Assembly: GCA_965224215.1 (NCBI GenBank)
Contig: CBDCYS010000055.1
Location: 4,409 to 68,408, forward strand
Length of the DNA: 64,000 nt
Direction of reading: 5' to 3'
DNA from: Bryobacterales bacterium
GTDB taxonomy: Bacteria > Acidobacteriota > Terriglobia > Bryobacterales > UBA6623
How positions within the stretch are numbered: position 1 is the first letter of the stretch; the number at the start of each line of letters is the position of its first letter. Under the pieces are notes generated by a model that worked only from the letters and a program-made list of their open reading frames with translations, did not search any database and was not told where the DNA came from. The position numbers and the translations under genes are program-made. This document shows, piece after piece, positions 56,860 through 64,000 of this stretch.

Positions 56860-59409
56860 ATGCCCTTTTCTCGACAAAGGGGCCGGAGCCGGCGGGCTTC
56901 GGTCGCGGGACTTGTCGCATGCTTGGCTTTGCCGGGACTCTGCGTTCTTGCGTTCGCAAGTCCGAAAACCACCGAGCAGGCCGAGCAAGATTACAATTAC
57001 GCCACCCTCCTGCTCGACGATCTGCGCGCAGTACCCACCCTGGAGTTGGGCAAAAGGCAGTACGTTCTCGTCGCGAAGGCCTTCCGGAAAGTCCATGCAG
57101 GCTCGCCCGGCGGTATTTTCGGGGACGATAGTCTGCTCTCGGAAGCTCAGCTCTATCTCGAGGCGGCACAGCGGTTTGGCCAGGAGCCTTATCTCAATCA
57201 GGCCGCCGATGCCTACGGCCTTCTTGTTCAGCAATACCCTGGCAGTGAGCACAAGGAACAAGGCGAGCGGGCTCTCGCTGAACTGAAAGCCGACGGGACC
57301 GCGGAAACCGTTCTCGCCGAGTTGTCCCGAGCCCCCGCGCCGACCCACGCGCTCGAAGCGAACAAAACTGCGAAGAAAGTTATCACGCAGCGGAGTCAGC
57401 CGCCTCCTTCGCCGCCGCCGCCGACGCCGACGCTCGTTCGGTACGAGCCACGACCCATAGAGAGGAAGAAGAGGGGCCCGGCAACCGTTCAGAACGTGCG
57501 GTTTTGGACTCACGAGGACTACACCCGCGTGGTGGTCGAGATTGACGATCAGGTAAACCACCGATTCGAAGAGCTGCCCAGCCCGCACCGCCTCTTTGTT
57601 GATTTGAAAGATGCGCGTCTTGGTAGCAAGCTGAGCGGTGTAAAGGGCTTGACGTTGCCGGTCGGCGATTCCCTCATCAAGGAGATTCGGGTTGGGCAGA
57701 ATCGCCGCTCGATTTCGCGGATCGTTTTTGACCTAGAACAGTCGGCCATCCACAGCGTTTTCTGGCTGTCGAACCCCGGGCGATTCGTCATTGAGCTGCG
57801 GAGCGCGAAGGAACCGGTCTCGGTTGCCCAAGCACCGGCGAGACGCGACGAGACGCCTCCCTTGACGCAAGGGCCGAACGACACACTCCTGGCGCGATTA
57901 GATACGACCGTTTCGCCCCTGCCCCCACCGCTGATTCAGCCTCGCACGGCCCAGGGGGGGCACGAGACCTCGCCCCAGAATCGGCTCGATCCCGCTGACG
58001 CGGCGAGCTCAACGAATTCGAATTCAGTGAGTTTGAATTCAACGAGTCTGAATTCAACAAGCGACAGCGGTTCGTTAGCTGTTCGTTCCTCCTACCCGGA
58101 CGTGGCGGGCACTCCTCCGGCGGCTGCTTCTCTCATTCAGCCGTCGCCCGCCACGCCGGTGGAGCGATACCAGAGCCCTGGGTCTCGCTCAGAATCTTCC
58201 CCGGCCGAAGCTCCGCTACCGATGGATCAAACACCCGGCTTTCCGGCTGCCGCTTCGAGCAACTCCGCGGCGACAGGCCTAGGCGTGGATCCGGTTCCTC
58301 TTCCCGGCCAAGTTCCGAGGCCCAGGCCGCTGCGATATCTGAGCTCTCTGCCGCGCGTCGAGGCTCGTCCCGGCGTAGCCGCGCTGCCGATCGACCCAGT
58401 CCCTGGTATCCCGGCTGAAGTTTTGGGCAGGGTGCCGATGGTCGCCGGCATCGAACCCGTTCCCATCCCGGACTTAGGCCCGGAGCCCAGGCTAGCCGCG
58501 CAACAGGCCCTGCGAGCGGCACAAGCCGCAAACAAGGCGCGGAATCCCAATCCGGCCGTACTGGCCAAGCTCACAGCTCCCGAGCAATCGCCGCCTCCGC
58601 CCGTCGTTGAGCTAACCGAGCCGCCAAAGCCGGCATCGGCGACGAGCCGCGGACAGCGAAACTTGATCCGAGCCCTTGGCCTGAAGGTCGGGCGCGTCGT
58701 CATCGACGCTGGCCATGGCGGCCATGACACGGGAACGATCGGGCCCGGTGGGTTGCGCGAAAAGGATCTCGTGCTCGACATCGCCTCCCGTCTTGGCGAA
58801 CTGATCCAAAGCCGTTTGGGAGCAGATGTCATCTACACGCGCACGGACGACCAATTCATCCACCTCAAGGAGCGGACAAGGCTGGCGAACATCAGCCAGG
58901 CTGACCTGTTCGTGTCCGTGCACGCAAACTCGTCGCGTTTGAAAAACATCCGCGGCGTGGAGACCTACTATCTGAGCTTCACGACGAGTTCCTCCGCCAT
59001 GGCGGTAGCCGCGCGCGAGAACGCCGCCGCTCAACGTTCCATTCACGAACTGCAAGGGCTGCTCTCGAAAATCGCGCTGACCGAGAAAATTCAAGAATCC
59101 CGCGAGTTTGCCGGCCAGGTTCAGGACGCACTCTATGGTGGCCTTTCCAAAGACACCAAAGAACTTCGAAACCGGGGAGTTCGCAAGGCTCCGTTTATGG
59201 TCTTGATAGGCGCCCAAATGCCGGCTATTCTGGCCGAAGTTGGCTTTCTCAGCAACCCAAGTGACGAGAAGCTGCTCAAGGCCAGCGGGTATCGCCAGAA
59301 GGTGGCCGAGCACATTTTCAAGGGAGTCGAAAAGTACTCCAACAGCCTGAGCAAAGTGACGATTGCCCAGAAGCAACCCGCCCCGCCTTCACCCGAAAAG
59401 CTGGATTAG
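56860..59409 (+). CDS. N-acetylmuramoyl-L-alanine amidase (AmiC-type: TPR/YbgF-like N-domain, AMIN domain, Pro-rich linker, Amidase_3)
   Basis: ATG 5 nt after the SLT stop. AMIN-like ..VRFWTHEDYTRVVVEID..RLFVDL... The C-terminal VVIDAGHGGHDTG..., LFVSVHANS and ..LAEVGFLSNP.. match Amidase_3. Confidence 0.85.
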   Translation: MPFSRQRGRSRRASVAGLVACLALPGLCVLAFASPKTTEQAEQDYNYATLLLDDLRAVPTLELGKRQYVLVAKAFRKVHAGSPGGIFGDDSLLSEAQLYLEAAQRFGQEPYLNQAADAYGLLVQQYPGSEHKEQGERALAELKADGTAETVLAELSRAPAPTHALEANKTAKKVITQRSQPPPSPPPPTPTLVRYEPRPIERKKRGPATVQNVRFWTHEDYTRVVVEIDDQVNHRFEELPSPHRLFVDLKDARLGSKLSGVKGLTLPVGDSLIKEIRVGQNRRSISRIVFDLEQSAIHSVFWLSNPGRFVIELRSAKEPVSVAQAPARRDETPPLTQGPNDTLLARLDTTVSPLPPPLIQPRTAQGGHETSPQNRLDPADAASSTNSNSVSLNSTSLNSTSDSGSLAVRSSYPDVAGTPPAAASLIQPSPATPVERYQSPGSRSESSPAEAPLPMDQTPGFPAAASSNSAATGLGVDPVPLPGQVPRPRPLRYLSSLPRVEARPGVAALPIDPVPGIPAEVLGRVPMVAGIEPVPIPDLGPEPRLAAQQALRAAQAANKARNPNPAVLAKLTAPEQSPPPPVVELTEPPKPASATSRGQRNLIRALGLKVGRVVIDAGHGGHDTGTIGPGGLREKDLVLDIASRLGELIQSRLGADVIYTRTDDQFIHLKERTRLANISQADLFVSVHANSSRLKNIRGVETYYLSFTTSSSAMAVAARENAAAQRSIHELQGLLSKIALTEKIQESREFAGQVQDALYGGLSKDTKELRNRGVRKAPFMVLIGAQMPAILAEVGFLSNPSDEKLLKASGYRQKVAEHIFKGVEKYSNSLSKVTIAQKQPAPPSPEKLD

Positions 59410-59554
59410 CCCCCGCCATGCCCCGACCCTTTGGGCACCCCTAGGCCCAGAGTTAGCACGAATATTTCACTGCAAATTGAAGGCTCCGCTGAAGGCTCCA
59501 CGGAGCGAAGCTGCCTTCGCCTCTGACAACTTCGTAAAACAGCGTCAGGAAACT

Positions 59555-60916
59555 ATGAGCGATCCAAAACCAACTCTCTCCAATCCAATCGAATATCTTC
59601 GAGGCTCCGCTTTTGCCAAGGCAATGCTGATCGGGGTGCTCGTCTTGTTCTTGCAGATCCCGGTCGTCCTGATCTGGCACCTTGTCTCCGAGCGTGACCA
59701 GACCCGCCGGGGCGCCATGGCTGAGGTCACCACCAAGTGGGGACAGGCACAGGAAGTTCATGGCCCCTTCCTCGTCGTCCCCTACAAATACGTGAATACC
59801 ACGACGAATAACGAAGGCAAGATGGAGGTCCACGAGCACGAAGAGCGGGCGACGTTCTTGCCCCGAGTCTTGAACGTTGACGGAGAACTTGATGTTGAAG
59901 CTCGGTACCGGGGCATATTCGAGACTTCCGTCTATCGCTCCCAGATCGACATCGAAGGACAGTTCGACCGGCCGGACTTTGCCGTTTGGGGCATTGAGTC
60001 AGGGAGTGTTCTGTGGGACCGCGCGCAGCTCGTCTTTGAAATCAGCGACGCCAGAGCGATTCAAAACCAAGTACGCCTGCGATGGCAAGGCGAGGAAGTC
60101 GACTTCGAACCCGGCACCGGCATCCGGCAGTCGGAGACCTCCGGCATTCACGTTCAGATCGGCGCGCTCAAAGATGAAGCCACCCTCGATTTTTCGTGCA
60201 CGCTCAACCTCAACGGCAGCAACCAGCTTCGATTCGCGCCGCTGGGAGACAACACCGAGTTGCGCCTGCGAGGGAATTGGCCGGACCCCAGTTTCCAGGG
60301 GCGTTGGCTTCCGGTGGAGCGGCAAGTGACGTCCGACGGTTTTGACGCCACCTGGCGAATCCCGCACCTGGGCCGCAACTATCCCCGAAGCTGGCGTTCC
60401 GGGAACAACGTCCCTCCGATCGTCGCCTCGCGCTTCGGCATCGACCTTCTCACCCCGGTCGACGCCTACCGCCAGACCGAGCGAAGCCTCAAGTATCAGT
60501 TGCTGTTCCTGGGATTGACTTTCACTGTGATCTGGCTGTTCGAAGTGCTCGGCGGGCTTCGCCTGCACGTGATCCAATATGCACTGATTGGCGGAGCCAT
60601 GTGTATTTTTTACCTGCTCGAACTTTCACTCGCCGAACATTTGGGGTTCGCGGTGGCCTACGGCATCGCCGCGGTGGCCGTCGTTGCCTTGGTTGTGTCC
60701 TACGGCCTTGCGACTCTCAAATCGCGCCGACGCGCTGGAGTGATTGGAGCCGCCCTGACAGGCCTGTATGGTTGTCTTTACGTGCTGTTGCAGATTCAGG
60801 ACTATGCCTTGCTGGTCGGTTCACTTGGTCTGTTCGCCATCCTGGCTGCGGTCATGTTCGCCACTCGGCACGTTGACTGGTACACATTGCGTCTGGCCCC
60901 GCGACAGGGCGCCTAA
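59555..60916 (+). CDS. creD: inner-membrane protein CreD family
   Basis: RBS AGGA + ATG 59555. N-terminal TM, a large periplasmic part, and four C-terminal TM helices. ..ERSLKYQLLFLGLTF..YLLELSLAEHLGF..AY.. fits CreD. Confidence 0.75.
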   Translation: MSDPKPTLSNPIEYLRGSAFAKAMLIGVLVLFLQIPVVLIWHLVSERDQTRRGAMAEVTTKWGQAQEVHGPFLVVPYKYVNTTTNNEGKMEVHEHEERATFLPRVLNVDGELDVEARYRGIFETSVYRSQIDIEGQFDRPDFAVWGIESGSVLWDRAQLVFEISDARAIQNQVRLRWQGEEVDFEPGTGIRQSETSGIHVQIGALKDEATLDFSCTLNLNGSNQLRFAPLGDNTELRLRGNWPDPSFQGRWLPVERQVTSDGFDATWRIPHLGRNYPRSWRSGNNVPPIVASRFGIDLLTPVDAYRQTERSLKYQLLFLGLTFTVIWLFEVLGGLRLHVIQYALIGGAMCIFYLLELSLAEHLGFAVAYGIAAVAVVALVVSYGLATLKSRRRAGVIGAALTGLYGCLYVLLQIQDYALLVGSLGLFAILAAVMFATRHVDWYTLRLAPRQGA

Positions 60917-61187
60917 CCACATTCCTCCTCGGCTGGCCGTCGCCACACGCGATGAAACAAGCGGGTTCACGACCGCCCCCCGAAGGGTACCCGACCATTC
61001 TTGGTTAAGCATGCAGCGCCGAGTGGCCGATATCTTCAAACAGGAGTAACTGCTCTCCCGCTCCCCCTGTGCCATTCCGCCAAGCCGGTGAGCATAGTGG
61101 AGCAAAGCTGGTACGAATTGTAGCCGAGTAAAGGGAGAGCTGACTTCAGCTCACTGTGGCCACGGGAAACGGAGATCAAACGCAGCT

Positions 61188-61668
61188 ATGGCGGCACTTA
61201 GCTATCAATCTCGGCTAGCCACCGTTCTGCTGGCCGAGGACAACCCGGCGGAGCAAAACCTGGCCCAACGGGCGCTTTCCAAGGGCATAATGCAGTGCGA
61301 TCTCCGAGTAGTCTCGGACGGCGAAGAAGCGATTGCCTACCTGCTCGGCCAGGGAAAGTAGGCAGCCTTGGAGGCCGCCCCAAGGCCGGATCTAATTCTG
61401 CTCGATCTCAACATGCCAAAGGTGGACGGAAGGCAGGTGCTCGAGCGGATCAAATCCGAAGATCAGTGCCATCCCAGTCGTCGTGCTCACAACGTCGACA
61501 CACGAGCAGGATGTGGTCCGCAGCTATGAGCTAGGCTGCAATTCGTTTATCAACAAGCCGGTGGATGTTCAAGCGTTTGTCGAGGCTCTTGAGCAGCTCG
61601 GCTCCTACTGGCTGAAGCTCGTAGTGCTGCCGTTACGAGAGCCGCCCCGCATCAGGGATTCGGGTTAG
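61188..61668 (+). pseudogene. stand-alone CheY/Rcp1-like receiver with an in-frame TAG and one frame break
   Basis: ..VLLAEDNPAEQNLAQRAL..LRVVSDGEEAIAYLLGQGK-TAG(61359-61361)[34 protein letters not shown] / (+1 shift at about 61455-61467) [34 protein letters not shown]... The TAG sits where this family has Tyr (GKY). Confidence 0.8.
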
Positions 61669-61675
61669 AAGGGAG

Positions 61676-63114
61676 TTGAAACTTCATCCGCTCCAAGCAA
61701 GAGCGGTGAGAAATGACGTGGTCAAAGACCGGCTGACGATTCTAGTGATTGACGACAACCCAGCGGACGCTGGGTTGCTGCGGCGTCTGCTCGGAAAGAT
61801 CGGCGACTTCGAGGTCGACTTCCTGCACTGCCTGAACGAGGCAGACGGCAAGAAACTGCTAGGAGCAGCGGACATTGACTGCCTTTTCCTCGACTATCAC
61901 CTGGGGAAAGTGTGTGGCCTCGACGTGCTGGCCTCGATTCGCGAACTGCAATTTGACCTGCCCGTGATCATGCTGACCGGGGCCGGTGATGAATCGGTGG
62001 CGGTCGAAGCGATGAAGCGCGGAGCGCAGGACTATTTGGTTAAGGACGTCATGGTTCGCAAAGCGGTGACTCCCAAGGGAATTCATCGCGCGATAACGAA
62101 TGCGATCGAGAAGGTGTCGCTGGAGCGGCAGCTTCGGGAAAGCCGACGGGAGCTGCAAGAGTTTACGTCGGTGGTCGCCCACGATCTGAAGTCTCCCATG
62201 TGCGGGTCAAGAACAATATCGAGCTGGTACGGGACTTATATGGGGATAGCTTAGACCCTCAGGGTTTGCAGTTTCTCGACTTGGCACTGCTGACTCTTGA
62301 CCGTCAGTTCGGCATGATCGAGGGTTTGCTCGAATACTCTCAGCTCGGGAGGTCAGCGAAGGAGCTTGGGCCGGTTGACCTGAAGGCTGTCGCCGAAGCC
62401 GTTGCCGGGAACCTCGACTCGGTGGTTCAACAAAACCAGGGCCGATTCATCGTGGGGGAACTACCCATCGTTCATGGGGACGCGGTCGCGTTGAACCAGT
62501 TGCTGCAGAATCTGCCGGCGAATGCATTCAAGTTCCGCGGCAAGGAAGCCCCTGTCGTCCGCCTTGAGGCGAGTTGCGAGCAGGACAGTTGGCGAATCTC
62601 GGTGAGCGACAACGGTATCGGAATCGACCCCAAGCATCACAAGGACATCTTCGCCCCGTTCCGGCGCATTCACTCGCGAAAACAGTACGAGGGTTTCGGC
62701 ATCGGTCTGGCAACCTGCAAGCGCATCGTTGAGCAGCATGATGGGCGGATCTGGGTGGCATCGGAGCCCGGCAAGGGTACGAGTTTTCACTTCACCCTGC
62801 AGGGGGTCGCCGCGCGGACAGCGGTATTCGCATGGATCGAGGAAGCGCCCTGGGCATGGTCAACTAGCCTGTTTCCGCACCGCCGACCTGAATTCTTCTA
62901 CAGCGGCCGCTTGCCTTCCCCATTGCGAGCGTCGCGGCACTTCAACTTCCCGCAGCGTCAGCCGACCACTTTGCCAGTGACTCCGCTCGGCTTTCTGACC
63001 AGGTACGTCTCGGCGCCAGCGGGCAAGGTTGGCTTGATCGCCACACCCTTCGCTATTTGCCGCAAGGAAAGTTTTGAGGTACTCTGGTCTTGGCAACCTG
63101 CCACGTACTTATAG
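61676..63114 (+). pseudogene. hybrid receiver-histidine kinase (REC + HisKA + HATPase_c), one frame break; 3' end uncertain
   Basis: REC (LVIDDNPAD..LFLDYHLG..VIMLTGAGDE), the H-box ..VVAHDLKSP / frame switch at about 62195-62203 / ..VKNNIELV.., the N-box LLQNLPANAFKF, and G-boxes DNGIGI / GFGIGLATC. The roughly 100 codons after ..GKGTSFHFTLQG (about 62809) do not look protein-like. Confidence 0.8.
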
Positions 63115-63156
63115 GATCCCGCGAGCGGCCGGGGCGAAACACATGAGGAGAAACCT

Positions 63157-63411
63157 ATGTCAGATGAAAGCAAGAAGGACGAATCAGTAGTTGAAGAATC
63201 GGGAGTGGAAGAATCAGCGGCGCAACCGGAACTCTCGGACGATCAACTCGAGGGGGCTGCGGGTGGCCTACGGTTCGCCAATACGACAACGGACGAGAGG
63301 ACCTTGAGCCTCAAGCCGCAGGCACCAGACGCGGAACTGCTATTGGACTCGGAACCGGCCCTCGCCGAAGTCAAGCAAAAATATAGCTTTAAGGAGAACA
63401 TAAAAGTCTAG
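63157..63411 (+). CDS. small acidic peptide with a double-glycine (bacteriocin/RiPP-type) leader
   Basis: RBS GAGGAG 7 nt before the ATG. MSDESKKDESVVEESGVEESAAQPELSDDQLEGAAGG | LRFANTTTDERTLSLKPQAPDAELLLDSEPALAEVKQKYSFKENIKV. Confidence 0.55.
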   Translation: MSDESKKDESVVEESGVEESAAQPELSDDQLEGAAGGLRFANTTTDERTLSLKPQAPDAELLLDSEPALAEVKQKYSFKENIKV

Positions 63412-63563
63412 CCCGGCCTTGGGCATGTCTCCCTAACGATTTGGGTATCGGGCGACCGGCGGCTAACGAAATTGGAGTTGAAAGGCAACTGATACCGCCA
63501 CCACCGCTACAGAAAAGACCTTCTTGACGCGATCACAAATGCGTCGAGGACGTGGCTCCGCGC

Positions 63564-64000
63564 TCACTGCGGTCTGATGTCGCCGAAGCCGTTCACGGCC
63601 ATATCCAGCTCGGCCGGATTACCCGTGTATGTTATGTCGCCGACTCCGTGGACTCGAGCGAAAAGGGACTCGGTGGCGTTCACCTCGACGTTGCCAACGC
63701 TCAGCAGCAATGCACGGGTCCGGCTCGACGCAAGGTCAAGCAACGCGATGTTCCCCACCCCTAGCAGCAACACGTCGAGCGAGTCGACAGAACCTGACGC
63801 CATCACGTTGCCGACACCACTCATGAAGGCTTCGAAAGTTCCTCCCGATAGCCCTGTTACCTCGAAGTTCCCGACTCCGAGATATTCCAAGCGTTTCAGC
63901 GCCGGAGTCGTGACCGATATCACCACCGCCGTATTCGTGGTGTAGGGACGCGACGAGGTAATCTGCAGGGCGCCGTCCCGCACTTGTGCGGAAACAAGTC
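63564..64000 (-). CDS. DUF2807-like (GIN-domain, adhesin-head-like) beta-helix protein, 5'-partial
   Basis: Repeated GVGN(F/V/I) rungs (GVGNFEVTG, GVGNVMASG, GVGNIALLD, SVGNVEVNA, GVGDITYTG). The frame is open to the window end. Confidence 0.6.
   Translation of the reverse strand, partial: LVSAQVRDGALQITSSRPYTTNTAVVISVTTPALKRLEYLGVGNFEVTGLSGGTFEAFMSGVGNVMASGSVDSLDVLLLGVGNIALLDLASSRTRALLLSVGNVEVNATESLFARVHGVGDITYTGNPAELDMAVNGFGDIRPQ

Noticed and set aside
61359-61361. The in-frame TAG in the receiver gene as pyrrolysine or programmed readthrough.
   Set aside because: The codon replaces a family-conserved Tyr (one substitution from TAC/TAT), there is no pyl context, and the same gene also has a frame break.
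59555-63114. creD plus the downstream receiver/kinase as a creBCD-type regulon.
   Set aside because: The receiver has no DNA-binding output domain and belongs to the Rcp1-like single-domain type. The kinase is a cytoplasmic REC-HisKA hybrid unlike CreC, and 270 nt of spacer separates creD from the pair.

Overview
This is a GC-rich chromosomal segment from a diderm bacterium. Gene content and a recurring Ig-like C-terminal domain are reminiscent of Acidobacteriota, but that is only an inference.

**Backbone genes, in order:**
- NHL propeller, M19 dipeptidase, two tandem NRAMP transporters, a mannonate-dehydratase-like gene, an SDR, and an MlrC/M81 peptidase.
- GH51 arabinofuranosidase, transaldolase, higBA, Smr, and ThiF/MoeB.
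- An outer-membrane biogenesis block (bamA, surA-like, tamB), then pcm, selB and aas.
- A cupin protein, a Zn-ADH, a PQQ-like propeller, and a DUF3311-like gene with an SSS symporter.
- A three-gene envelope/glycan-like operon, a CBS protein, korAB, and cobA-hemD.
- An SLT transglycosylase, an AmiC-type amidase, creD, a receiver plus REC-histidine-kinase pair, a small double-glycine-leader peptide, and a DUF2807-like protein.

**Mobile DNA superimposed on this backbone:**
- Two near-identical IS1595-family copies, each with its own 8-bp duplication, plus a third divergent, frame-broken copy.
- An IS4-family element that splits a SnoaL-like gene.
- A decayed IS110-family transposase that carries one of the IS1595 copies inside it.
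- A REP-associated (IS200-like) tyrosine transposase split by a 530-bp MITE-like element and flanked by inverted hairpin repeats.
- A DDE transposase stump, and several hairpin and tandem repeat families.

**Gene lesions:** 12 genes need a single-base frame change to read through, mostly at G/C runs. Four otherwise continuous homologies contain in-frame stops. This is either homopolymer sequencing error or real gene decay, and the sequence alone cannot decide.

**What was not found:** I recognised no rRNA, tRNA or CRISPR array, and no complete known defence or biosynthetic system.

**Best leads for something new:**
- The double-glycine-leader peptide next to the two-component pair.
- The RAYT/REP/MITE locus.
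- The methyltransferase / membrane protein / hydrolase-like operon with shared Ig-like tails.
- The 1.3-kb gene-free, strand-skewed tract at 49.9-51.1 kb.
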